From Paecilomyces variotii (taxonomy: Eukaryota), in the NCBI GenBank assembly GCA_004022145.1, contig RCNU01000004.1: a stretch of 64,000 bases of DNA. The stretch is one strand, 5' to 3'. Positions 1-11,712 of this stretch are shown in pieces. The first letter of the stretch is position 1. Each line of letters begins with the position of its first letter. Position numbers and translations under genes: made by a program. The notes under the pieces were generated by a model. That model was not told the DNA's origin and made no database searches. It saw only the letters and a program-made list of their open reading frames with translations.

Positions 1-2694
1 CGATTCGTTCGGCAAGATCTCTGTGCTCGTCATCTCAAACGCCATATGGGACGCGGTGGCTCAGGTCTGCTGAAAAGATCAAGTAGCGCACCGGACGCAC
101 TTGCTAAGGAAGCTGAGAGAAATTCGAGTATTGCACAGGGGGGTCTGCAGTCTCCTAGTAAGACAATGTGTAGGACGGTAATCACTCAGCAATCGCCATC
201 TTCAGCAACATCCGGGACCCCCAGACTCGATGTGGATCAATCTGCTTCCGGTAGAGATGCTCAGCAACACCAGCACACCGATTCTGTGACCCAGGAAGTT
301 GGGGTCGTGCCACGTCTAGGTTGGAACAATCCAATGCCTGGGCACCACAAACGTGGCGATTCGAATCATATCTCAAGTTCACATGTGGGATGGACGCCCA
401 GCAGAGTCCCCGTTCAGCAGGATAATCTGACCTCGCCTACTCCCCACATACAGGCCAATAGACAAGCTCTAGATTCGCATGGCTCACCAGCAAACTGGGC
501 CTCACCCAGCGGTCAGTCATACCTGCTTGGGTCTCAAATCATGCCACAAGATACAGCAAGGCAAGATACAATGCCTAGGGAAGACCGGCAATTCACAATT
601 ACACAGCCTCCCGGATATTTGTCAATCTCTGCCAATTCACAGGCCTCACATGGTGGTGCCCCGATAGCAGGGATGGTAGAGACTCTGAACGATCAGTCAC
701 TTTCTGAATCACCATCTTCAATCAGGAATGATTTTACGGCATGGTTCTTTGACAGCTCTCAAAATTTCTATGACAGTCTCAATGTCACGGGTACACAGCC
801 TTTTCTGGGAGCAATGGACTTTGGAGGGCCTCCAGCGACATCAGCGTTACCGGATCACTGGACGAGTCCATTCGATGATCCTACTCGACATTCGACTGAC
901 CTGCCAGGTCGGACGAATTTTGACGCCTTCGGCAACGGAACTGGACAGTCTACAGATACAACCCTTTCTCCTGGCCGCTGGAGGTATCTGATCGAATTTA
1001 TGCGGGTGCGATTTGTTGGAGGCAACGAACCAGCTGGTCTGTTCTACCGAGAGGAGATTCTAGGAGGTGACCATGATGACAACCAGCATATTCTCAGTCT
1101 ACATTCGATGAGATGCTACGTCACCTCCTACTGGCAGAATTTCCATGATCAGTTCCCGATCTTGCATCGACCCACGTTCTCAGCGGACAGAGCTCCGGAC
1201 CTTTTACTGCTCACTGTCATGGCTCTGGGTGCTTCATTGCTCACCAAGGAGCATAATCCTGTGGCAACACCAGCCGCCCATCGTTTTGCTAATTTTATAG
1301 CATGGCATGTCAGATGGCAAATATATATGGATGGACATTTCCACCCACCAGCAAAGCTCTGGATTTTTCAGACCTTACTCTTGTTGGAAGTCTATGAGAA
1401 GATGAATGCAACCCGCTCTCTCCATGAAAGAGCCAATGTGCATTCGCCTCTCACTGTCAATCTTATGCGCAGAAGCACAGCCCTTTACGAGGACCTCAGC
1501 ATCAATCACTCCCAGAAAACCGCGATGTCGCCCCAAGAATGGTGGGATCGATGGATAACTGCCGAGGCCACTAGACGGGTCGCTTATGGCGCCTTCTTTC
1601 TAGATGCGACACATGCAATCATGTTTGGTCATCCTGCCATTATGGTCGTGCAAGAGATACGTCTTCCCTTGCCTTGTGATGAAGCCTTGTGGTCCGCCAC
1701 ATCGCCAGCTGAAGTTGGCATGGTAGAATCATGCCTTCATGCAAACGCAATCAAGCCGACAACTTTCCTGCAGGGTCTGAAGCGGACCCTCACTGGCCGT
1801 AAAGTCCGTACAAACACGTTTGGCCGGATTGTTCTGATGGCAGGCCTCCTCTCCATTTCCTGGCATATGCGTCAGAGAGAGCAACAAATGGCGACGCTCG
1901 AAGTACCGCAAGCAATGGCTGTCCCTGACATGTGGCGAACAACTCTAGTGGAGGCATTCGACTTTTGGAAAAGAGATTTTGACGAGAACATGAACCACAT
2001 GCAAACAGCACCGAATGGTTGGCAGACGTGGGGAGCACCATTCGACCAAATGAGTGTGAGCGACCATGCCACAGTTCTTCATCACCTCGGCCATCTGGCG
2101 ATGCATATCGATATTGCAGACTGTCAGATTGCAGCCGGCGCCCGTATTATAACAAGCCGAGCGATCACTGTTGCTGATCGTGAGCGAGTAAGCGAGAAGA
2201 TGACCAAGTGGTGCAGATCTGAAAATGCGCCGCAAGCCGTTCACCATGCCGTACAGCTCCTCCACAAGTTCCTAGTACGGCATTGTGATCCTGTGGGCGT
2301 TGGCCTCCGAGTATATAGTACTCGAGATGATCGCCTTCTCTGTCGTCCCTGGGTGCTTTACTTTGCTGCTTTAGTTGTCTGGTGTTACAGTCATTTCAAA
2401 AGAAAACTGAATACGCTACTCAGTTCCACTACGCCTGCCATGACCCGCCATGAGCAAGTGGCCTACTCACCGTCCGCTGATTATGCTGGAGTCGAACATT
2501 TTCTGAGAAACGCGGCATTTAAGCCACCCGCAGAGATAGCACTTCTCGAGTTTGAGGAGCGAAACGTTTCTGATATGTTGCACCTTCTCCAAATGTCTTT
2601 CCAAGAATCGCGGTGGGAACTGCTTCACGAAGCGGCCAACAGGCTGAGAGACGCTATTTCCATTTCTTGCAATGAAGCATGGTCCAGGGCATGA
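1..2694 (+). CDS. C2H2 zinc-finger / fungal-specific transcription factor (Fungal_trans domain), 5'-partial
   Basis: Frame 1 is open from base 1 (RFVRQDLCARHLKRH, the end of a C2H2 finger) into the 882-aa ORF. YWQNFHDQFPILHRPTF and EATRRVAYGAFFLD...LPLPCDEALW are typical Fungal_trans/middle homology region motifs. Confidence 0.85.
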   Translation, partial: RFVRQDLCARHLKRHMGRGGSGLLKRSSSAPDALAKEAERNSSIAQGGLQSPSKTMCRTVITQQSPSSATSGTPRLDVDQSASGRDAQQHQHTDSVTQEVGVVPRLGWNNPMPGHHKRGDSNHISSSHVGWTPSRVPVQQDNLTSPTPHIQANRQALDSHGSPANWASPSGQSYLLGSQIMPQDTARQDTMPREDRQFTITQPPGYLSISANSQASHGGAPIAGMVETLNDQSLSESPSSIRNDFTAWFFDSSQNFYDSLNVTGTQPFLGAMDFGGPPATSALPDHWTSPFDDPTRHSTDLPGRTNFDAFGNGTGQSTDTTLSPGRWRYLIEFMRVRFVGGNEPAGLFYREEILGGDHDDNQHILSLHSMRCYVTSYWQNFHDQFPILHRPTFSADRAPDLLLLTVMALGASLLTKEHNPVATPAAHRFANFIAWHVRWQIYMDGHFHPPAKLWIFQTLLLLEVYEKMNATRSLHERANVHSPLTVNLMRRSTALYEDLSINHSQKTAMSPQEWWDRWITAEATRRVAYGAFFLDATHAIMFGHPAIMVVQEIRLPLPCDEALWSATSPAEVGMVESCLHANAIKPTTFLQGLKRTLTGRKVRTNTFGRIVLMAGLLSISWHMRQREQQMATLEVPQAMAVPDMWRTTLVEAFDFWKRDFDENMNHMQTAPNGWQTWGAPFDQMSVSDHATVLHHLGHLAMHIDIADCQIAAGARIITSRAITVADRERVSEKMTKWCRSENAPQAVHHAVQLLHKFLVRHCDPVGVGLRVYSTRDDRLLCRPWVLYFAALVVWCYSHFKRKLNTLLSSTTPAMTRHEQVAYSPSADYAGVEHFLRNAAFKPPAEIALLEFEERNVSDMLHLLQMSFQESRWELLHEAANRLRDAISISCNEAWSRA

Positions 2695-3252
2695 TGTTAT
2701 TGACAAATTATACTATATTAGCTGGATATTTACCTACAAATCGGCCTGGTATTGCCGATTTCGAGTCCAAGTACAGCCACTCGGCTTCTGGATCGTTGTG
2801 ACAAGGCCATATCTTGACGAATGCGTAGTCTGATACGTCATTTTATGTACAGTACTATCTTTACAGATCAACATTTAGTAAGAGATACCCACTTTCAAGA
2901 CTTTTTCTATAAAGAAATGTCCTGTTTCTGTAAGAAATTGGAATCTTCGTCAAATGCCCAGGTGGAGATGAGGTTATCCAGTATCAGCTCCACAACACAC
3001 AATTATAATATTCCAGTTACTGCAGAAAGATAAATTCATCCGATCATTCGAAGGATGGAAGATATATTTTATGCCAGGGCTATAGATCCATCATTGAAAC
3101 TCTAGATGAAAGCCACACAAGTAGCCCGATAGATATATGCAGAAATAAATAAATAAATAACACCTTTCCCGCGAATTTTATGCATTGTAAACAGAAAATT
3201 ATGTGATTATGGAAATGCATTTTGGACATGATCCACCAAGCGCTATGTATCA

Positions 3253-5880
3253 TCACTGTTTTGCCTTCCTCGTGGACCCTTTTCGACCATCCGTCTTAAC
3301 TTCCTTCTCTAGCTCATCTAGGGCAGCTGCATACTTCGATCTGATGGACTCGGCATCGTCAAGCTTGGCGCTCACTTTTTCGACGTTCGATGACCGCGTT
3401 ATCTTTCCTTCTGATCCCTTTGCGATCTCGGTCGAGAACCATCGGCCTTCTCTGTGTGCAACCAGCGTCCAGGCCGATCCTTCGTTACCGGCTCTCGCTG
3501 TCCGACCTACACGGTGCACGTAGGTAGTCACACTGGACGGCACATCGTAGTTGACCACATGGGTGAGTGATCGTAAGTCGAGACCACGGGAAGCACGATC
3601 CGTAGCAACGATGATGGAGATCTTGCCTTTGTTGTAGGCGCTAAGAGTCTTGCGGGATGCGGACGACTTGTTTGACTTGACGATGGTGCCAATGCGAGGG
3701 GCCAGAGAGGGATGCAGTAGCGAGAGCAGACGCGCAAGTCGAGTCGCAGATTCGGAAGACTTGGTGAAGATGAGTACGTTGGTACGTGTCGGCTTACGGG
3801 AGGGTGAATCTGACTCAGGATCTGAATCATCAGAAGCTGATGATTCGTCTGACGATGATGAAGACTCCGAGTCGGAATCTGACCCAGAGTCGGATTCGGA
3901 GTCAGAGTCAGAGTCGGAATCAGAATCAGTGTCCGATTCATCCGAAGATGAGCTGTCTGATTCCGACGAGGTATCATCTTCGGAGCTCGAATCATCTGAG
4001 TCTGAGTCTGAGTCGGAATCAGAGCTGGATTCAGATATAGAGGAGGAGGAATCTGGCGACACGCTTCGCTTCTTAGGACTGGAACTCTGGAGGTCCACCT
4101 TGATGTGAGAGAGCAACAAGCGAAGAAGGTACAGTGGCTTCTCAGAGCCATCTCCAACGGAGACACTGTATTCCTTGAGCGTGGGCGGTAGAGTAAAGCT
4201 GGCGTCGGCATCTGTTCCGTTGTCGACGTTGCCCTCGGCCGTCTCTTTGCCGATAATGACGAGCTTGGGCTTGACAAGCCGCAAGGAATTAAGTTTTGAG
4301 ACATCCCTAGTCATGGTAGCACTCAAAATGACCTTTCTGGGGGCTTCTTTTTGTAAAGAAAGACCAAGATCTGAAAGTAGCCGGTCGGCTGGCCCCTTAG
4401 CTGACGGTGCTTCTTTAGCATCCAATGCCCCCATAACAACATCCACCCATTCCTGGAAACTCTCATTGAGAAGTCTATCGGCCTCATCAATAACAAGCCA
4501 CTGAATATGCTGTAGGCTGAATCCTTTCGTGAATCGTATATGATCGACAAGACGGCCAGGGGTGCAGATGAGGATGTCGACATTAGGCTCCTGCTTTTGA
4601 ATGTACCCTGGCAACGATTCCTGTAGTTCATCTGCCTCCGAAATGTAATCCTGAAGATTGAACTGCATCCAGTCACTGCCAGTCAACCTCGCCTCTTGTT
4701 GGGATTTGAAAGCCTGAGGACTGTATATCGGATCTATCCGCATCAATGTCCGCTGTTCGTCCTTGAGTGCCGCGCTTCCCACCGCCGTTCCAATACGCAG
4801 TCCTGTTCCAGTTGCACATAGCTCTGCGGTTTCACGAGCCTGTCTCACAAGTTCTCTAGTGGGGACCACAATAAGGCCTCGTAGGCGGGGAGCAGGCGTT
4901 GGCTCCAGCGCAGTCACAAGTGGCAGGACGTAAGCCAAAGTCTTTCCGGACCCGGTCGCAGCAGATATGCAGAGGTCTCCAGGATGGTTTCGCGCACCAG
5001 GAAGAAGTAATGGAATAACGGTCGATTGAACTGAGAATGCCTCCTTGTACCCATTGTCGTTCAGTGTACGCAGCAATCTTGGGTCGATGCCAAGCTCAGA
5101 AAACGGGGCGCGATAGTCGGCAGACTCCCTCAACGGCCTTGCAAGCCATGAAGGAAGTGATGAGTATGTCGGCTTTTCGACAACTTCTGGAGCTGGCGCT
5201 GGCTGTGGAAGTGGTTCAAGGCCATGCGCAACCACTGGCTCTACTTTTGGTTGATCCGCAGATTCATGGTCTTCAGGTTGTGCTTCTTCCAATTTGCGCT
5301 TCGTTTTGACGGTAGACTTTGTGAATTTGGACAAGATCTTGGAATGCTTGGAAAGTGCTGCTGGCATATCCTCCTCTGGTTCTTCGGGCTGCTGTTCTGA
5401 CTTTCTTTTCCGTTTCTTTTCCTTTTTGCCATCTCTAGTTCCCTCAGCAGTAGACTGCGTTTCATTTTCTCCTGTCAAAGCCTCAGCATCCTCATCTTCT
5501 CCATCACCTGCATCACCTGCATCACCTTCTCCGGAGGTTCGTCGATTCTTCTTCTTCCTCGCTTGCTTGTCGTTAGATTTCGCTTTCCTGTCATTCGCCG
5601 CAGTAACACTTTCTTTCCTGGTCTCTGTTTCTTGAAGACCATCGTCAACTTCCACGTTGGCATTTTGACGTCCTTTTGAGACTTCCGGACCACCTGAACT
5701 GGAGTGGCTCGTATGCTCAGAGTCTTCGCTTTTCTGCTTCTTCGCCGGGTTCGACGCCGATGCAAGGCTGGCGGAGCCATCGCCGTCTGATTTTCGTTTG
5801 CGCGATTGATTTGAAGTCTGGGGAGAAACCGGGTCTTTCTTCCCTGGAGGAATAAAGCGCTTGAAGAAAGCGCCCGCCAT
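3253..5880 (-). CDS. dbp6: DEAD-box ATP-dependent RNA helicase Dbp6 (60S biogenesis)
   Basis: Q motif (AFSVQ), AATGSGKT, PTRELV, TPGRL, DEAD (IDEADRLL), SAT and HRVGRTARAG. Lys-rich N-terminus and Ser/Asp-rich insertion. Single 875-aa ORF. Confidence 0.88.
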   Translation of the reverse strand: MAGAFFKRFIPPGKKDPVSPQTSNQSRKRKSDGDGSASLASASNPAKKQKSEDSEHTSHSSSGGPEVSKGRQNANVEVDDGLQETETRKESVTAANDRKAKSNDKQARKKKNRRTSGEGDAGDAGDGEDEDAEALTGENETQSTAEGTRDGKKEKKRKRKSEQQPEEPEEDMPAALSKHSKILSKFTKSTVKTKRKLEEAQPEDHESADQPKVEPVVAHGLEPLPQPAPAPEVVEKPTYSSLPSWLARPLRESADYRAPFSELGIDPRLLRTLNDNGYKEAFSVQSTVIPLLLPGARNHPGDLCISAATGSGKTLAYVLPLVTALEPTPAPRLRGLIVVPTRELVRQARETAELCATGTGLRIGTAVGSAALKDEQRTLMRIDPIYSPQAFKSQQEARLTGSDWMQFNLQDYISEADELQESLPGYIQKQEPNVDILICTPGRLVDHIRFTKGFSLQHIQWLVIDEADRLLNESFQEWVDVVMGALDAKEAPSAKGPADRLLSDLGLSLQKEAPRKVILSATMTRDVSKLNSLRLVKPKLVIIGKETAEGNVDNGTDADASFTLPPTLKEYSVSVGDGSEKPLYLLRLLLSHIKVDLQSSSPKKRSVSPDSSSSISESSSDSDSDSDSDDSSSEDDTSSESDSSSSDESDTDSDSDSDSDSESDSGSDSDSESSSSSDESSASDDSDPESDSPSRKPTRTNVLIFTKSSESATRLARLLSLLHPSLAPRIGTIVKSNKSSASRKTLSAYNKGKISIIVATDRASRGLDLRSLTHVVNYDVPSSVTTYVHRVGRTARAGNEGSAWTLVAHREGRWFSTEIAKGSEGKITRSSNVEKVSAKLDDAESIRSKYAAALDELEKEVKTDGRKGSTRKAKQ

Positions 5881-6208
5881 CCTCGGGAACTTGGAAAGGT
5901 GCAGTGACTAGAAATTTCTAACGACCGTTCTCGTATTTCGTCGCAGTCGCTTCTTTTTTTCTCTTTGCGGGGAGAACGCTAAGTAAACCGGCCGGATTTG
6001 GCCGGCAGAAAACAGCCACCGCCTTTCTCGGCCGCCCATGCATACCGAAAGAGTCCAGACCCCTTCTCGACGTCGAGTACACACCAGGAGCCATGAAGCA
6101 TTGACTGACTGCTCCGTGTCGCGTCGGTTCTGCCGTACGCCATGGGAAAGTTGATCTTAAACGCGTCACAGAATCCATGGAAAAGTATTGAGGGAGACAG
6201 CCGCCATC

Positions 6209-7891
6209 ATGCCTTACAACATTGCGTGAGTATTGCACTGCATCTGCTTTCCAGAGCTAGTGGCTGACACCTGTCTGAAGTATGGTCAGCGACTTCTTCT
6301 TCCCACAACCTGGTAAGTGCTACCTTTAGAGTCCATGGTATTGGATAATGCTGAATGAGCCAGGCGGAGTTGAGAGTCACATATACCAGTTATCTTCGGT
6401 AGGTAATCCGTGCGGCGTGCGTTGCTTCTCCGACACTAATGGCTCCCAGAAACTCATAGACCGTGGGCACAAAGTCATTATCATCACTCATGCTTATAAA
6501 GGCCGAACCGGCGTTCGCTACCTTACCAACGGCTTGAAAGTCTACCATGTCCCCTTTTTCGTGATATATCGGGAGACAACCTTCCCAACCGTCTTCTCCT
6601 TCTTCCCCATCTTTCGCAATATCATCATACGGGAGCAGATCGAGATAGTACATGGTCATGGGAGTCTGAGTAACTTCTGCCATGAAGCTATCCTCCATGC
6701 TCGAACGATGGGCCTGCGGACGGTCTTCACAGACCATTCGCTATTCGGCTTTGCAGATGCAGCTTCGATTCTAACAAACAAGTTGCTCAAGTTTACATTA
6801 AGTGACGTCGATCATGTCATATGCGTGAGCCATACTTGGTAAGAAGCCTATGTCGATAACATATGGTACGATATCTGATCTGTCACAGCAAGGAAAACAC
6901 AGTTTTACGCGCATCCCTAGACCCACTTATGGTGTCTGTGATCCCTAATGCTGTCGTCGCAGAGAACTTTCGACCCAAATCATACAATCCACGACCAAGC
7001 AGACCACTAGCCCCCCCGTCTGAAGTGCCACAGCGCATTGGGCCGAATGATACCATCACCATTGTTGTTATTTCTCGACTGTTCTACAATAAAGGAACGG
7101 ATCTACTGATTGCTGCCATCCCACGCATCCTAGCCTCCCACCCGAACGTGCGGTTCGTCATCGCAGGCTCCGGACCAAAAGCCATTGATTTGGAGCAAAT
7201 GCTGGAACGGAATGTGCTGCAGGACAAAGTGGAGCTTGTGGGACCTGTGCGCCACGAGCAGGTGCGCGATGTCATGGTTCGAGGACATATTTATCTCCAT
7301 CCGAGTTTGACAGAGGCGTTCGGTACGGTCATCGTTGAGGCTGCCAGCTGCGGACTCTACGTGGTCTGCACCCGGGTCGGTGGTATCCCGGAAGTTTTAC
7401 CCCAGCACATGACGACTTTTGCAAAACCGGAAGAGGACGACTTGGTGGCAGCTACGGGTAAGGCCATCGCTGCCTTGCGTTCGAACAAGGTTCGTACGGA
7501 CCGTTTCCACGATCAAGTGAAGATGATGTATTCCTGGACCGACGTGGCTCAGCGGACTGAACGAGTATACAACGGTATCTGCGGAGCCATTAGCCAAGAG
7601 GAATTCTATGGTTGTTACCCGGGACAAGGCTGGGAAGCCACCCGAGACCGCATCCGCAGCTTCGCTTTGATCGATCGGTTGAAGCGGTACTACGGCTGCG
7701 GTGTCTGGGCGGGGAAGTTGTTTTGCCTCTGCGTGGTTATCGACTTTCTTATCTACGTCTTCCTTGAGATGTGGTGGCCGCGGGCGAGCATCGATATCGC
7801 CCGGAGTTGGCCAAAGAAGTTGAGCAGACAGGATGACGCCGAAATAAACAGAATTCAGGCTACACAAGAACGTCACCGTTCGATCTCGTGA
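6209..7891 (+). CDS. gpi3: Phosphatidylinositol N-acetylglucosaminyltransferase catalytic subunit (PIG-A/Gpi3/Spt14), spliced
   Basis: Spliced N-terminus [36 protein letters not shown] built from short exons with GT..AG introns. [10 protein letters not shown] and the GT4 motif [18 protein letters not shown]-terminal transmembrane segment. Confidence 0.93.
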
Positions 7892-8125
7892 CGCGCTTGA
7901 AACCCATTGTATATTACTGGATCAATGTCTTCGGGAGGGGACTGAGGGAGGGAGGTATACGTCTTTCGATTCTTCAGTTATATTCATTTCTTCATGATAG
8001 ATTTTTTATTATGTAGGGATCATGCATCAAGCAGATCCTATGATACCCATGTGAACAATCGCAAAACAACTAATTATACATAACCGATAGCCACATCCTG
8101 CGCCTTCTCTCCGTCATGAATGCAT

Positions 8126-8828
8126 TTATCGGTAGCGCTGATTGTAGTCATGGTTCCTCTTCGTTCCTGGCTCGTAATGCCACTCGGCGGCGATGGTCTC
8201 CGCGGGCTCAGGCTGCTTGTCCTCTGCAGCCAGGGCGCCCTTGTTACCGTGCTGACCACCACGAGCTTCTTCTCTCTCAATACCACGCTGGTCCGGCCGA
8301 GCACCCTCGTCGGGCATCTTGGGTCTCGAGGCTCCAACGCCTTCCAAGCCCTGTCCGACATGCTTCCGGTGGTGCTGGCCATCATGGCGGATCTCAGTGT
8401 TAGTCTCGCCTACACCAGGGTGACCCAGACCCCGGTGGACATCCTTTGACGTCGCACCGGGCATCGAGTTAGCCGCCGTGTAGGTAGACTCCTTTCCGTG
8501 GCCCCGGAGTGTGTCCTCGTTGTTTGCCTGGCCGGGAGTCTCGTTGATGGGGTTAGGCTGGTAGGAGCTGCTGGCAGGAGCAGTGCCAGGGGGGAGGACC
8601 TGTGCGTGGAATTCAGGGGCGTAGTCTGCTGGGGAGGCCTTCACTCCAAGCTGGTGCTGTATAGAGAGACATTCTCGTTAGCATTGCATTATACCCAGAA
8701 GGAAAGATTAACTATAGGGATACGAAACGTACACCCTTGGTCTCAGGTCCAGGAACCGAGGGTTTAACACCGGGCTTGAACTCGCCCTGCTTGTTGTTGA
8801 GAGATTCGATGTTGCGGAACTCGCTCAT
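8126..8828 (-). CDS. Hydrophilic Gly/His-rich hypothetical protein (possibly stress/spore associated), 2 exons
   Basis: ATG at 8828; exon 1 8733-8828 (MSEFRNIESLNNKQGEFKPGVKPSVPGPETKG). Intron GTACGT...GCTAAC...ACAG joins in frame to the 8126-8656 ORF. Function is not recognised. Confidence 0.75.
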
Positions 8829-9068
8829 TGTGGTAGGATTATAATCGTCGTAGTTCGTCAGATAAATGAAATGCAGCAAACGAGGTTCAATTCGTAGTAA
8901 AGAGTATGATATCGGATTGTATCCAAACGCTTTTGTTTTTCTGATAATGGATCTGGTCCGAACTCAACGATGAATCCCAAGACACTTATTATATGTCTAG
9001 GTCTCTAGAGCTCGTGGACTTCTTGACCAGCTACAGTTACATAGAGGGGGTCGAGGTCCCATTTGTCG

Positions 9069-9076
9069 TGACGTCA
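9069..9076. promoter_or_regulatory. CRE/ATF palindrome TGACGTCA (candidate AtfA-type bZIP site)
   Basis: Perfect TGACGTCA about 240 bp upstream of the 8828 ATG. Confidence 0.4.
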
Positions 9077-9994
9077 GGCTGACTGCTGTTGACTTCATCT
9101 TCGAAGATCCAAACCGCCTTTTTTCTCTTTTCTTTCTATCCAGATCAAGTATGAAGTTAACCAGGCCCCATACTTACTCTAGAGTACTTTACTCTACTCT
9201 CCACAGGGCTCCAGCCTCGCATTCTCTTATGAGTAAAGTAACGTAACTAACAGCTCTTTTCGCAGAGTAAGTGGCTCGTCCTCTTCGATCGTATTTCTGA
9301 GGCAATCGTCATGTTCTCGGGAGGTGACGTCGATCAAGGTGGACCAACCCATCAACTAACTACGAATTACACCGAGAACGCCTCAAAACCGCTTCTTATG
9401 GCACGGACAAGTAATATGGTACTCTAGCTCTGATCTGCCTTGGATTGAGGAATTCTTTTCTTTTTTTTTTTCTCTCTTTTGCGCAAGTCTTGGCGATTTG
9501 ATCCGTTCATTGCTCGTTTCTGTTGTTTTCGTTGAAGCTCTTTTATGTCGTAGATTGTAGCTTGTATCAAAGGCAGTATCTATGTGGTCATCTGCATAAG
9601 TCAACTAATGTTGCTTATGCAAAGAGATAAATCTGCTTCTGTGATCCAATTGCGATGCCAGGAGCAGCGTGAGCAGGAACGCAAAAATAGCGATGCATGC
9701 TCAGTGACATGTATGTACTGTATTCACATATCTCAAAGATGATGCGACCGGGACCATTCAGAAAAACAAAAGACATCAATGATGATATTATAGCCTACCG
9801 AGGTATCTTGTCTAGTATATGTGACCTCCCTAACGCCGCAACCGAAAATAAGAAGACAAAAGGAATGGGAATGCCGTCTATAAGCAGCTTCCCTGAGGGG
9901 TATATGCGGAGAGATTTCTCCAGCATTAGTTCAAGATGACTTCGATCCAGAGCACACTTCAACCGTCCTCGTAGACGTGTCACATCTAAGTCCC

Positions 9995-10907
9995 TTATCT
10001 CATCAGCGGGGGACGGCCTTCCTTGTTCCATTTCACGCGACTTCGCACCCATTCGACCGCTTCCTGTACGCCGGTACCCAAAAGGGCACTGATTGGTAGG
10101 ACACGGCTATCGCGAACACCACCCCCCTTCTCTCCCTCAAAGACCTTCCGGACAAAACCCTCCTTGATGCGAACAACCTCGACACAGTCCTCACGGTCCT
10201 GTTTGTTTGCCAGCACCAGGATCGGTACCCCTGCCACATCGGAGTGTGCTAGCACCGACTCGAGAACCTGGCGACATTCATCTAGGCGACCGAAACTATC
10301 CCCAGCAGCACCGATGCCTGCCATCTGCTCTGCGAATGTCGGTGCGCTCTCTGCTGCCGATGACCCAGATGCGGTGCTGGGCCGACGGCCTTTATTCGGG
10401 AGACGGGTGATATCGGGATCCTGGCCGACATCTGCACTGTCTACCACGAAGATAATCGCATGGCAGCTGGAGTAATAGCTCTGCCACAGTCCTCTCATGG
10501 AAATCTGTCCACCGACATCCCAGATCTTGAGGTACATATCCGGCATCGGGATGGTCGCGACATTTTGTCCAACGGTCGGGACAGTTTTCCCTGGGTCGGG
10601 CGCAGGTGCTCCTTCGGTGCGAGGCAGGTATAGCGCTTTGATCTGGGATAGAAGAGTTGTCTTACCGGCGTTGTCAAGACCCAGTAGCAGGACGGAATAC
10701 TCTATCGAAGCCACCTGTCAGCTATCTGTTTTTGCTAGTAGATAGTAGTAATGCGCTAGGCTCAGAAGCTGCTCATGCGACTGCGATGAAACAATAGTAA
10801 CACCATTCCAATAGATATGAATGCCTCACAACGACGAAACAAATCATCATAGGCGTACCTTCTTTGCTGGTGGCGTATAGATAGAGAGACTTTGCGAGAT
10901 GGTACAT
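9995..10907 (-). CDS. arl3: ARF-like small GTPase Arl3/ARFRP1, 2 exons
   Basis: Exon 1 MYHLAKSLYLYATSKE (10859-10907; Met-Tyr start typical of the acetylated Arl3 N-terminus) spliced to EYSVLLLGLDNAGKTT. WDVGGQ, NKQD and ISAL motifs present. Confidence 0.9.
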
Positions 10908-11277
10908 GGTCACGGTTTACGGTTGCAGGTCGGACGGCCCATGCATGGCTGATGGGGCGCTCCCCAACGTTGCTCCCTGTTGGCTAGATCCGGATACTAG
11001 ACGACCTCGAGAATCCGTGAATTACATGAAATCCAGCAACTTTGGACAACATGGAGGTCGTCCTGACAAGGGACGTCGAAGCTCATGGCGATCTCCCTAC
11101 GCGTCAGCTGCGGCCGGGAGACGCTAGGGCTCAGGGCAGGGTGGCACAGAGCCCTAAACCCTGGTTGTCCCGTTTTGGAACCCAACGGCGAACTAGTGAA
11201 TCCTCAGTAAGATAATAATGCGGGGTGGACGATTAATACAATAATGATTCTCTGGCAGAGGGGCAGACAGTTGGAGA

Positions 11278-11296
11278 TCTCTCTCTCTCTCTCTCT
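11278..11296. repeat. (CT)n microsatellite
   Basis: tctctctctctctctctct run in the arl3 / oxidoreductase intergenic region. Confidence 0.8.
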
Positions 11297-11712
11297 ATTT
11301 TATCCAGGACGACGGCAACAGTTACTCTAGTCAGGGACAGAGGGAACACAGCCAGTCGATAGCTTGACGTCTCGATGATGCTAATGCTCCTTTAGGCTTC
11401 TCGTTCTGCTCTGGATCTGGATCTGGATCCGGATCTTGGTTCTAGTTACTTACCCAGACCCTAGTGACGGTCCGCCTCATCTCTTCCGAGAAAAGTCTCT
11501 CGTTTTGTCAGCATCTCCGGCCGGCATGGGTCTCCCACTCTGCCCCAGGCAATTCGCCTCCTCACGCCCTCGATGAAAGTCGCTGGCTGAGTCTAGGCAA
11601 TTGACCTGCTGTAGCCTTCACCAGCACAGCTGGACGGCCTCATCACTGGTATCTTCGTCGCATGTCTCATGCAGAATGCCCCTCGTTGGATAGTCAGCGC
11701 CGGGCAGAGACC

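Noticed and set aside
3528-4304. Alternative-frame and antisense ORFs within dbp6 (3528-4304, 3650-4108)
   Set aside because: By-products of the low-complexity Ser/Asp-coding tract.
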